Shown in pieces: positions 56,121 to 64,000 of a DNA stretch of 64,000 nucleotides (position 1 is its first letter; each line of letters begins with the position of its first letter). The position numbers and the translations under genes were made by a program. Below the pieces are notes generated by a model, which ran no database searches, was not told the origin of the DNA, and worked only from the letters and a program-made list of their open reading frames with translations. This DNA is from a virus (taxonomy: Duplodnaviria > Caudoviricetes), in IMG/VR virus record IMGVR_UViG_2576861733_000002, positions 27,745 to 91,744 of that record, one strand, 5' to 3'.

Positions 56121-56465
56121 TCAGTCATTCCAGGCCTCCAGCTCGTTCTGAATTTCTTCGTCGATTTCGTCGTTGCTGGCATCCTCGTTGAGATAGGCCA
56201 TAGCCTCTTTGCGATACTGCTCTCTGCGTTCGTCATACCAGGCCGCAAACTCCGGCGACCAGCCGTAGGTATGCCCGCAAAAGTCTACCCGGGCGTTATC
56301 CTCCGCCATTCGTTCAACCATGCTGTCTGCCGTTGTCAGTGTAACATCACGGATGCAGCCACGCAGGTCGCGCTTGCGCCAGACCGGGCTGAATTTCGAA
56401 TCGCACATATCTCGGAAACGAATTTCATAGCGGCGAATGCACCGGGCCTTTAGCGTTTTGCTCAC
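56121..56465 (-). CDS. Hypothetical protein
   Basis: In operon with overlapping starts and stops. Confidence 0.65.
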   Translation of the reverse strand: MSKTLKARCIRRYEIRFRDMCDSKFSPVWRKRDLRGCIRDVTLTTADSMVERMAEDNARVDFCGHTYGWSPEFAAWYDERREQYRKEAMAYLNEDASNDEIDEEIQNELEAWND

Positions 56466-56935
56466 GATTGCACCCCCTTCACTTGCTCAGATTTTCTGGC
56501 AGCGCGGTCGATGCGCTCAATCTCTGCGGCAATTAGTGCGGCAGCTTTCACCAGGTCGCGACGCTGGGTTGTGGGCTTCCACCATTCAGGCTCCCACGGC
56601 CAGTTCTTCGGCGCTGGATGGCTGTCATACTCCGTGCCACAATCTTCAAGATCCCACATTGCAGCAGCGGCATGGAATGCATAACTGGCAGCAGCGAAAG
56701 CCATCTCTCCGTTGATATGTTTGTCATCATGTTCCGGCGTCCAGCCTTCAACACTCTGCTGGCGCTGGCGTTCGGCGATGATGTCGGTTAGTGCCGCTGA
56801 TAACGCCGCATTCTCAGCAGCCAGTGCTATATGCTCTTTCATTGAGTACAGATAAATGCGCTCTTTGATCGTCAGCTCGCCTGCCGCTTCCAGTGAAGCG
56901 ATAAGCTTTTTCACAGATTCGATATTCATAATCAT
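56462..56935 (-). CDS. Ead/Ea22-like protein
   Basis: LAAENAAL..IAERQRQQSVEGWTPEHDD; paralog of the C-terminal part of 13602-14294. Confidence 0.75.
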   Translation of the reverse strand: MIMNIESVKKLIASLEAAGELTIKERIYLYSMKEHIALAAENAALSAALTDIIAERQRQQSVEGWTPEHDDKHINGEMAFAAASYAFHAAAAMWDLEDCGTEYDSHPAPKNWPWEPEWWKPTTQRRDLVKAAALIAAEIERIDRAARKSEQVKGVQS

Positions 56936-57054
56936 GCCGCCTTAACCAAATAATAAAGACCGATGAGGCCACTGATAATCAGTGCCCAGCCACAAGTGTT
57001 AATCACCAAGTCAAACATAAGCTGTTGAATTTTTGTGTGTTTTTCATATTTCAT
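56932..57054 (-). CDS. 40-aa membrane peptide
   Basis: Translated by hand: MKYEKHTKIQQLMFDLVINTCGWALIISGLIGLYYLVKAA; ATGA overlaps at both ends. Confidence 0.6.
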   Translation of the reverse strand: MKYEKHTKIQQLMFDLVINTCGWALIISGLIGLYYLVKAA

Positions 57055-57296
57055 TTTTCGCCATTCTCTTTCCATTCGCGCCAGTAATTCAGGCGCTCTC
57101 TAAAAAACTCCCGGTACGTTTCCGGCGTCGCATCAAGCTGTTCGGTGATAGCCAGACGAGTCATTTTTTTCTCGTAAAGCTGCCGAATCATCGCGGCGGC
57201 GCGCATGTCGTAATGCTCCTTGAGCTGACATTCTTGCGGCCATAGCGCGCGGTTGTGCGGCAGGCCGGGCGGGAGATAATCCGATTGCCCGGCCAT
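57051..57296 (-). CDS. Hypothetical protein
   Basis: MAGQSDYLPPGLP..FRERLNYWR. Confidence 0.7.
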   Translation of the reverse strand: MAGQSDYLPPGLPHNRALWPQECQLKEHYDMRAAAMIRQLYEKKMTRLAITEQLDATPETYREFFRERLNYWREWKENGEK

Positions 57297-57299
57297 AGG

Positions 57300-57986
57300 T
57301 CACGCCCTGGTGTTTTTTTCCGAGTGAACGTAGAAACGTGGATCGACGCTGGTAAGCGTGAAATGCGGTACCGGCATATCGTCATGCCGTGTAATACCGA
57401 CATAGTTCGACTTCATCATGCCGAACACGCGCCTCTGAAGTTGCTGGAGGGACATCTTTACGCCGGGGTGATGCTTAGCGATAGCGGCGAGAATGGCCTG
57501 ATATGACAAGGTCTTGCCTTTCATCAGCGCGACAAGTTTCTGGGCTGAGAGATCACCATCTTTGGGCTCGTCAGCAGGTGTCTTTGCTGATTCAATCGGC
57601 GTGATGGTTTCCAGCAGCATGCGGCAGCGCCCGCGGGTGCCGACTCGGTGCCCGGTTTTCTTGTCGTAGTTTTCCTTGCTGCCGGCAGTCCACACGGTCG
57701 CAGTTTCGCGAATTTTAACGGTGTGCTGACCATCAGAACGGATAACCACCGCTGTGTGGGTTTTGCGGAATCTGGTTGCGCTGGTTTCAGGTGTGGCTTT
57801 TTTGGCTTTTGCTGTTGCTTTGGTGGCAACGCGGGGTTTAACAACCTGAACCGGGCGCGGCGGTGGCACATAAGCTGAGCGACTACGGGCGCGAGCACCA
57901 GCATTCATCTGCCACAAAATAACGGCGGTGTAGTCGCAGCCATCATCTTCATGTTTGGTGCGATCGGTATAAATAATTTCGGTCAT
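57300..57986 (-). CDS. Hypothetical protein with possible C-terminal wHTH
   Basis: Start lies within the GAGGAAAGACCAATG motif. Confidence 0.7.
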   Translation of the reverse strand: MTEIIYTDRTKHEDDGCDYTAVILWQMNAGARARSRSAYVPPPRPVQVVKPRVATKATAKAKKATPETSATRFRKTHTAVVIRSDGQHTVKIRETATVWTAGSKENYDKKTGHRVGTRGRCRMLLETITPIESAKTPADEPKDGDLSAQKLVALMKGKTLSYQAILAAIAKHHPGVKMSLQQLQRRVFGMMKSNYVGITRHDDMPVPHFTLTSVDPRFYVHSEKNTRA

Positions 57987-58026
57987 TGGTCTTTCCTCTT
58001 TGGTTTTAAAAGCGCTGGTCAGGCGC
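57981..58026 (-). repeat. GCGCCTGACCAGCG..GAGGAAAGACCA(A)TG element, copy 1
   Basis: Also at 60622-60661 (-) and 63278-63319 (+). Confidence 0.88.
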
Positions 58027-58028
58027 GG

Positions 58029-59420
58029 TTAAAATGCATCGGTTCTGTACTTCTCTGAATGTTTTCTTGCCTGTTTACGTGGCTTAGCGGCCTCCAGTTG
58101 AATGCGTGTTTTTTCTTTGCCGACATGCTGATCCATTGGCAGGAAGTGGCCGTTTCTGAACTCCTGATAAATTACGGTCCCGGCGGCGGCAAAGCGGCAT
58201 TTGCCCAGAATGACTTCTGCCACGCCAGCGGCAGGGCTTTCCGGGTTATAAACTTCGTCCCGGTACAGGAAAAGAATGCTGTCGGCATCCTGCTCGATAG
58301 AGCCGGAATCACGCAGGTCGGACATTACCGGGCGGCGCTGTGCCGCCGGACGGGCGTCAACTGCACGTGATAACTGGCTAAGGGCAAACACCGGCGTATG
58401 CAGGCGCATCGCCATCGTTTTGAGATTTCGGGATATATGGGCAATAGCCAGATCGTTACGCTCTGCTTTGGGCTTTTTAACCAGTCCCATATAATCGATC
58501 GCAATCATCCCCAGATGCGGGTAGCGGCGTTTGTGCGTCTCGGCAATGGCTCGGATTTGTTCTATGGTCAGATCTGTAGCATCAACGATCCAGATATCGC
58601 GGTCATTCAGCAATGTGAGTGCATTTGTCAGGCGCGCCCAGTCCTCATCATCCATATCGCGAGGATTACGCAGGCGTGACACGGACATATTCCCGTTCCC
58701 TGCAAGTGAACGCTCGACGATCTGCCCGGCCTGCATCTCCATGCTGAATATCAGCGCCCCGCTACGCCGTTCTGTAACGCTATGGACAATGCTCAGCGTA
58801 AATTCTGTTTTTCCCATACCTGGGCGACCAGCCACTACAATCAAATCGGTGGTGTTTATTCCGCCCATTGCATGATCAAGATCGTCAATGCCCGTAAGCA
58901 GATTCCGCACCGATGCATCACCATCCATACGCTTCTGCACCGTGTCCATGTACGCTGGCAAAAGTTCAGAAATATGGATCGGCTGAACATCGCCGGTATC
59001 GGCGGTCATATCCAGCAGCTGTGCGACGGCGTTCTCCGTTACCAGATCACGCTGCTCCTGGTTCACTGCGTTACGAATACTGTCTGCGCCTTCCTGTAGC
59101 AGCTTTGCCATTTCGCGGCTGCGCCATGCCTTAACCATTTTTCCGGCGTAGCCTTTGAGGTTTGCCACGGTCGCAGGCTGTTTGCAGATTTCGGCCAGAT
59201 TTCCCAATGTCCCCTGCCCGCCAAGAGCTTCACTCACAAACAGCAAATCGATCATGCCATTTGTCAGCGCCTGCTTTTTAATTTCGCAAAATGCGCGGCG
59301 GTAAAAGCTTGTGCTGAATGCCACGTCCGGTGTTGTTGCGATAACGTCGAACGCGTCAGGCGTGGCACCACCGTTAATCAGTCCGGCCAGCACGATGGAT
59401 TCCAGTTGCTGCGGAGTCAT
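58029..59420 (-). CDS. DnaB-like replicative helicase
   Basis: AGRPGMGKT, IDYMGL, SQLSR, DLRDSGSIEQDAD. Confidence 0.95.
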   Translation of the reverse strand: MTPQQLESIVLAGLINGGATPDAFDVIATTPDVAFSTSFYRRAFCEIKKQALTNGMIDLLFVSEALGGQGTLGNLAEICKQPATVANLKGYAGKMVKAWRSREMAKLLQEGADSIRNAVNQEQRDLVTENAVAQLLDMTADTGDVQPIHISELLPAYMDTVQKRMDGDASVRNLLTGIDDLDHAMGGINTTDLIVVAGRPGMGKTEFTLSIVHSVTERRSGALIFSMEMQAGQIVERSLAGNGNMSVSRLRNPRDMDDEDWARLTNALTLLNDRDIWIVDATDLTIEQIRAIAETHKRRYPHLGMIAIDYMGLVKKPKAERNDLAIAHISRNLKTMAMRLHTPVFALSQLSRAVDARPAAQRRPVMSDLRDSGSIEQDADSILFLYRDEVYNPESPAAGVAEVILGKCRFAAAGTVIYQEFRNGHFLPMDQHVGKEKTRIQLEAAKPRKQARKHSEKYRTDAF

Positions 59421-60400
59421 AACGATCCTTCCCGGGTACTACGTAAAGTTTCTGGTTTCATCAGATAATCAAAACTGGCGCGCCATCCGCCATTAGCGCC
59501 AAAGTAAAAATCAGGCGCATCGGTACGGAATTTTTCGAAGTAACCCAGAAATGCCCCTGTGGTTTTATTTTTCATATAGGCCGCCAGGCGAATAATCATG
59601 CGGCGTCGGTCAACATCAAGTTCAGCGGCAGGAAGCGAATCGGCAAAAATTTCGTTGTAGCCGTTCATAACGGCTTCCGGATCAATGTTGGACTCTGTGG
59701 TTGCCCAAGCCTCAGCATCCGCGAGATAACCGTCGAATCGATTTACACGGCAGATGTTTGCCGGTTTCGGAAAACCGGAGCCACGGCGGCGCCACGTTGC
59801 CAGCACCCAGCGGATCACCAGTTGAATCTCTGCCACCGTATACGCTTCACGCGTATGGGTTGGTGTCAGCATCAGCACGAAGGGCTTTACGTCACGGCAA
59901 CGTGTCTGGGTTAGTCGGTTATAAAACTCCAGAATTTTTTTAGCGTCAGCGAGAATTAATTCCTCGCCCTCCCCCCAAAGGGGGTAAGGGGGATCTTCTG
60001 GATCTATGGTTGGTTCAGAAGAGTGACTGGTTCTGGTGCCACCTGCTGGCACAGGGGGTGTGCTTTCTGACGGCATACCTGTGTTTTTTGGCGGCACAGG
60101 GGCTATGCTTTTTGGCGGCACAGGGTTATCAAGATTTAGCGTATAAACGTTTGATGCGTTGCCCTTTCCGTTTTTTACGCCCGGACGATTGAGCTTTTGA
60201 AGCAATCCCATATCGATCAGGGCATCAATGTGTTCGCGCACTGCACTACGGCTGCACTCGCAATGATCGGCAATATGTTGATATGACGGCCAGCATTCGC
60301 CGTTATCGTTGGCGTTATCAGCCAATTTAATCAGCACCAGCTTGCGAATGGGGTTGCCCGTTTTAATACTCATTGCGCGGGCTGTTAGAGTCATGCTCAT
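59417..60400 (-). CDS. Replication initiator (HTH)
   Basis: RKLVLIKLADNANDNGECWPSYQHIA; WRASFDYL. Confidence 0.88.
   Translation of the reverse strand: MSMTLTARAMSIKTGNPIRKLVLIKLADNANDNGECWPSYQHIADHCECSRSAVREHIDALIDMGLLQKLNRPGVKNGKGNASNVYTLNLDNPVPPKSIAPVPPKNTGMPSESTPPVPAGGTRTSHSSEPTIDPEDPPYPLWGEGEELILADAKKILEFYNRLTQTRCRDVKPFVLMLTPTHTREAYTVAEIQLVIRWVLATWRRRGSGFPKPANICRVNRFDGYLADAEAWATTESNIDPEAVMNGYNEIFADSLPAAELDVDRRRMIIRLAAYMKNKTTGAFLGYFEKFRTDAPDFYFGANGGWRASFDYLMKPETLRSTREGSL
60030..60126. repeat. Iterons of the putative origin
   Basis: TTTTGGCGGCACAGGG x2 plus GGCACAGGG/GGCATAC variants inside the initiator gene. Confidence 0.65.
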
Positions 60401-60402
60401 AA

Positions 60403-60624
60403 TCAGATCCCCAGCGATTCAGCCAACTGGCGGCAGGCAATTTCGTAATCTTTCGGAGTGAGAAAGACGCACTCTTCCAACATTTCAGCTTTGCGCTGCT
60501 CGTAGGCCTCCCATTTTTTGGCAGAAAGTCGCTCTTCAAAAATATCCCGCACATCGCTAACCGGAACGGGTTCACCGTTCAGGCGAAAGCCGTTCCGCCA
60601 GGTGATACGATCTTGAGTTTTCAT
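60403..60624 (-). CDS. Hypothetical protein
   Basis: Start lies within the GAGGAAAGACCAATG motif. Confidence 0.7.
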   Translation of the reverse strand: MKTQDRITWRNGFRLNGEPVPVSDVRDIFEERLSAKKWEAYEQRKAEMLEECVFLTPKDYEIACRQLAESLGI

Positions 60625-60661
60625 TGGTCTTTCCTCGCACTTTTAAACGCTGGTCAGGCGC
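60622..60661 (-). repeat. GACCA element, copy 2
   Basis: AGCGCCTGACCAGCGTTTAAAAGTGCGAGGAAAGACCAATG. Confidence 0.88.
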
Positions 60662-61089
60662 TGTGTTTCCTGCATGGCCTGCAAGGCCCGTGCAACTTGC
60701 TGCGGTCTGTCTCTGGCATCGAGCAATAGCGCAATAATCGCTGCTGCAAATTCTTTGATCGCCATGCAGATCAAATACTGAGTAGTCATTCCCAGTCTGG
60801 CGTAGCGTTCTGCCGGAAGCGCAGCTTCCATCGCTTTAGCCAGCGCCAGCGTTTTGTTTCTCGCCGCTTTCGTGTCGCCACGCAGCCAGCGAAATATCTG
60901 CTGCCGGTTGTTGTTGATGGCGCGCCAGTCGGCCAGGCCGTTGGCATCTTCCATCTGATGCAACTTAACACCGCCAGTGTTACCGCCAAGGCGGAACCAC
61001 ATACGGGTGATCTCGATTGCTACATACTCCTGGCCGTACTCGGCCGCCCAGCTAAAAATCTCTCTTTTCAGTTCTTCAAGGCTCTCCAC
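60643..61089 (-). CDS. CII-like YdaT-family protein
   Basis: WAAEYGQEYVAIEI..NNRQQIFRWLRGDT. Confidence 0.8.
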   Translation of the reverse strand: MESLEELKREIFSWAAEYGQEYVAIEITRMWFRLGGNTGGVKLHQMEDANGLADWRAINNNRQQIFRWLRGDTKAARNKTLALAKAMEAALPAERYARLGMTTQYLICMAIKEFAAAIIALLLDARDRPQQVARALQAMQETQRLTSV

Positions 61090-61152
61090 TTCCCGCGTCT
61101 CCTGTCGCTGCAAATCTGATTACGCTTAATCAGATTTCAAATTCGCATGTTG

Positions 61153-61386
61153 TTAAGCTGCATTTCTGTCCGGCACGCCATCATTCGGATTTGGGTAAAG
61201 GTCTGGACGGAAACTGTGCGGGGTTACTATGTAACCAGTAGCAGCAGCCCATTTCAGTGCTGTTGCCGCCCCTAGCAGGCATTTACCAGATGCGACTCGG
61301 CTAACGTACCCCTGTGTTTCGCCCACCAGCGCGGCAAAGTCCTGCTGACGGACTCCAGAGGTCTTTAGATAATTTTTGAGATCCAT
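61153..61386 (-). CDS. cro: Cro-like (YdaS-type) regulator
   Basis: QQDFAALVGETQGYVSRV..FRPDLY. Confidence 0.85.
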   Translation of the reverse strand: MDLKNYLKTSGVRQQDFAALVGETQGYVSRVASGKCLLGAATALKWAAATGYIVTPHSFRPDLYPNPNDGVPDRNAA

Positions 61387-61417
61387 AATCTCCTCCTCGG
61401 TGTATGTGACACATGAA

Positions 61418-61483
61418 TATTAGTTTCACGAATATAAGATTGTCAATAGTTGCACGATTGGGCTGAAATTAATTTTGCGAATA
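61418..61483. promoter_or_regulatory. OR operators (TATT(C/A)GT-N3-ACGAATA-like)
   Basis: 61418-61434 and 61467-61483; related sites at 62021-62073. Confidence 0.6.
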
Positions 61484-61494
61484 ATATGGTCGCC

Positions 61495-61950
61495 ATGAGA
61501 AAGAAAACACTTGATGCAGCTGAGTCAGATGCAGCCCAGCGTCTACGGGATGCCTGGGACAAGAAAAAAATTACCTTGCGCCTTACTCAGGAAAAGGCGG
61601 CGGATGCCCTTGGCTTCAGTACTCAAGCAACAGTAAGCCATTATCTGAACGGAAATATTCCACTGAATACAGATGCGGCCTTGAAATTCGCCGCGTTGCT
61701 TGGCGTAAAACCGGAAGAATTACGCCCCGATCTTGCTGAACTTATGAACTATGTAAGGAAAAGCGGTACACATGTAGAGGATTACTCATCAGCAGGATGG
61801 CGCCTGCTTAAGCCAGAAGAGGCCGAGCTAATCGAACTATATGACAGACTTCCACAAAGCGAAAAAGAACGACATCTATCTGAATTAAAAGATAAAGTAA
61901 GTGGTTTTGATCGTCTTTTTGAAGAGCTTCTGGCGGCAAGAAAGCAGTAA
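61495..61950 (+). CDS. CI-like repressor without peptidase domain
   Basis: LTQEKAADALGFSTQATVSHYLNG; 151 aa. Confidence 0.88.
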   Translation: MRKKTLDAAESDAAQRLRDAWDKKKITLRLTQEKAADALGFSTQATVSHYLNGNIPLNTDAALKFAALLGVKPEELRPDLAELMNYVRKSGTHVEDYSSAGWRLLKPEEAELIELYDRLPQSEKERHLSELKDKVSGFDRLFEELLAARKQ

Positions 61951-62020
61951 TTGCCCATCATTTTGTAAATCCCGTTCATCGGGATTTTTTTTCGTCAAAA
62001 AATCAACAATCTACATAAAA

Positions 62021-62074
62021 TATTCGTATTACGATTATTTTTATCTTGACCACGAATATGCTCATAACTAATAT
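62021..62074 (+). promoter_or_regulatory. OL operators and PL (TTGACC-17-TAATAT)
   Basis: -35 at 62046-62051, -10 at 62069-62074, overlapped by operator-like repeats. Confidence 0.7.
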
Positions 62075-62099
62075 TCACTTCACCAACAACGCACTAACC

Positions 62100-62760
62100 A
62101 CGCGGCAGTTGTTCAGAAAAAGTTCTGACGGTCTGGAAAGACAGACGTTCGAGGAAAGACCAGCTTGCGGGAGGCGCAGCCAGCGCTGAGGGACGGTTCC
62201 AATACTGACCAGTGGCGGAACGCCGGATAACGTAACCGGCACTAATGCCCGGGGCGCCGGCAGTACGCTGACATGCGGGGAAGACCGCAACAACGCAACA
62301 TGAGAGCGCATTCCATCGTTATCAGTTATGGGTCTGGTGGTTAAATGCAAAATGGCGGAGTGCGCTCCCAGTTGCGGTGAACAGGGGTTGAGCTGGTTTC
62401 CCTGCCAGCTTTCCGGTTCGATTCCGGACACCCAACCGAAAAATTGCTGTGTGTAGTCTTTGCCCATCTCCCGTGATGGGCCTTTTTTTCAACACAGTTA
62501 CGATTTTACTGCCGCGATAGCGTCCCCAAAGGGCGAGAGCTCACCAGCAGTGTGACGCCGGGAAAGACCGGGAGGAAAGACCAACGGGCCTGACCAGCCC
62601 TGACAGCCGGGAGCAGACCGGCAGATGTAAAAAAACCCACCGAAGTGGGTTCTTTTACCCGGACTGGTGACCAAACCGCGCCGGAGGTGCACAAGGGACC
62701 AACCTTGTGCGAGGAAAGACCAATGCCTGACAGAGCCAAACACTGATCGGCTCTGAGTAT
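62100..62760 (+). ncRNA. Long structured PL leader RNA with multiple GACC(A) hairpins
   Basis: No plus-strand ORF of 60 aa or more; many hairpins; seven GACCA in about 570 nt. Confidence 0.65.
62442..62489 (+). ncRNA. RprA 3'-half-like sRNA
   Basis: AATTGCTGTGTGTAGTCTTTGCCCATCTCCCGTGATGGGCCTTTTTTT versus E. coli RprA 3' end as recalled, AATTGCTGTGTGTAGTCTTTGCCCATCTCCCACGATGGGCTTTTTTT. Confidence 0.8.
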
Positions 62761-62777
62761 ATCACAGAGGAGTCGCT

Positions 62778-63101
62778 ATGGAAGCGCTTACCATCCCCGT
62801 CACGCTGTACGTTCAGTACCGCCTTGCCCCGTATGCAAAACAAAAAATCGTAGTCAGTACAATCGATTTTTCAAATACCGATCCTGATGAGTACCTCCTG
62901 CTTGAAACAAAGGTGATTGAGATCACCATCTCGCCACCCGACACCATCGACATCATTGGCGCGCAGGTGGACAACCTTCGCCAGCGCAAAGCCAGTATTG
63001 CCTCAAGTGCTGATCGCCAGATAGCTGTAATCGACGATGAGATCCAGCAACTGCTATGCATCGACCATTCCCCGGAAGATAAACACGAAATTCCTTTCTA
63101 G
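62778..63101 (+). CDS. Hypothetical early protein
   Basis: SD GAGGAG; C-terminal coiled coil. Confidence 0.75.
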   Translation: MEALTIPVTLYVQYRLAPYAKQKIVVSTIDFSNTDPDEYLLLETKVIEITISPPDTIDIIGAQVDNLRQRKASIASSADRQIAVIDDEIQQLLCIDHSPEDKHEIPF

Positions 63102-63110
63102 GGGGGCACT

Positions 63111-63299
63111 GTGAATGATCTGGGCATTACCCGTTACACCTGCACTGCTGGCGATCGTCGCGGAGAGTTTGGCGACTGCATGGAAAAGGATAAAAACGGC
63201 CGTTATGTGACCTTTAGCCAGCATGATCGGCAAGTGAAACACCTGCAAAAAGAAATTGAATCACTTCGTAAAAAACTGCGCCTGACCAGCGCTATTTAA
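63111..63299 (+). CDS. Hypothetical early protein
   Basis: MEKDKNGRYVTFSQH motif. Confidence 0.65.
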   Translation: MNDLGITRYTCTAGDRRGEFGDCMEKDKNGRYVTFSQHDRQVKHLQKEIESLRKKLRLTSAI

Positions 63300-63319
63300 A
63301 CCAAAGAGGAAAGACCATG
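63278..63319 (+). repeat. GACCA element, copy 3
   Basis: GCGCCTGACCAGCGCTATTTAAACCAAAGAGGAAAGACCATG. Confidence 0.88.
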
Positions 63320-64000
63320 CCTGTATATAACGCACTATTTGAACCCAAAAAGGGATCGATAAAAGATGGCGCAGTGCCACTGGCAATCAGTATCGAAGCC
63401 CCAAACAAAAAAGTGGCTGGCAGTATTCTGCTTGGCAAACTTTGGGAATCCTACCCCGCCAGCGGTGACCATTATTTCAACCCAAAAATCTGGGAAGACG
63501 CGCCGGGACAACCGCGTCCGGAGATAGGCCGCTTTGATGAGCAGTTTCCACAGGAAAACACTTTCGATGGTACAAAGTGGGTACCGAACGCAGCCCCTTC
63601 CGTCGAGAAAACTGAATTCCCTGGCCCGGATGAAATTGTGGATCTGATGACCTTGTCGCCACGCGAACGTATTGCCGCCGTCGTGCTGTTCAGTGATGGT
63701 GCATTCACAGGGTCTGCACTTTCTCAGGTTCGTGATTATCTTGACGATCTGGATAACAGCGACGGCAATTCAGATGAATATGATGAGCGCTTTAACCGTT
63801 ATCTGATAAATGCAATGTACGGGCATGAGCCTGTGAAACACATGCATATTGAAGGTCTGGATAATCTTGTGCAGGCGGTCATTACTAAATTTGCCGATTC
63901 GCAGCCGGGGCGCGCCGCATTATCGCAATTCGTTAAAGCCTGGACAGATAACCCGGGTAAACGCGATGAGCTAATGGCGGCCACCAGCACCAGCACCAGC
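63317..64000 (+). CDS. RecE-like exonuclease N-terminus (runs off the window edge)
   Basis: Translated by hand: MPVYNALFEPKKGSIKDGAVPLAISIEAPNKKVA..GQPRPEIGRFDEQF..; position matches 18723-20855. Confidence 0.6.
   Translation, partial: MPVYNALFEPKKGSIKDGAVPLAISIEAPNKKVAGSILLGKLWESYPASGDHYFNPKIWEDAPGQPRPEIGRFDEQFPQENTFDGTKWVPNAAPSVEKTEFPGPDEIVDLMTLSPRERIAAVVLFSDGAFTGSALSQVRDYLDDLDNSDGNSDEYDERFNRYLINAMYGHEPVKHMHIEGLDNLVQAVITKFADSQPGRAALSQFVKAWTDNPGKRDELMAATSTSTS

Larger units (their letters stand above)
24056..64000. mobile_element. Prophage 2, temperate podovirus (epsilon15/BPP-1-like virion genes, lambdoid early region); continues past the window end
   Basis: gtrABC, tailspike, lysis, internal virion proteins, tail tube A/B, capsid, portal, terminases, replication, cro/cI. 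Confidence 0.93.

Noticed and set aside
62120-62290. Hammerhead ribozyme suggested by CTGA and GAAA motifs
   Set aside because: No CUGANGA core with correctly arranged three stems; GAAA lies in hairpin loops

Overview
Enterobacterial chromosomal window made up almost entirely of two tandem prophages joined at a 3' fragment of tRNA-Ser(UGA) (serT-like, 24056-24115). Prophage 1 (1-~24.1 kb) is a cos-type lambdoid phage, cut at the window start inside its portal gene. It carries portal/gpW/terminase, a lambda-like cosN, an S-R-Rz/Rz1 lysis cassette interrupted by an HNH endonuclease, morons, Q, nin-like genes, replication genes, cII/cro/cI, a RecE-like exonuclease, xis/int, and a HicA-HicB-SecB-like toxin-antitoxin-chaperone module beside att. 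Prophage 2 (~24.1 kb to beyond 64 kb) has an epsilon15/BPP-1-like podovirus morphogenesis module with a P22-type small terminase, gtrABC, a tailspike, SAR-endolysin lysis genes, a Dcm-like methylase, DnaB and a lambdoid immunity region. The strongest unexplained signal is a GACCA-based motif (GAG-N4-GACCA-ATG, often preceded by a GACCA-loop hairpin). It sits at three equivalent positions in both prophages, and prophage 2 has a 650-nt non-coding PL leader rich in GACCA hairpins that also holds a tRNA-like element and a near-copy of the 3' half of host sRNA RprA. Prophage 1 also has a duplicated cloverleaf RNA unit with its own promoter, terminator and variable core. All family assignments come from recognising sequence motifs by eye; no database search was run.
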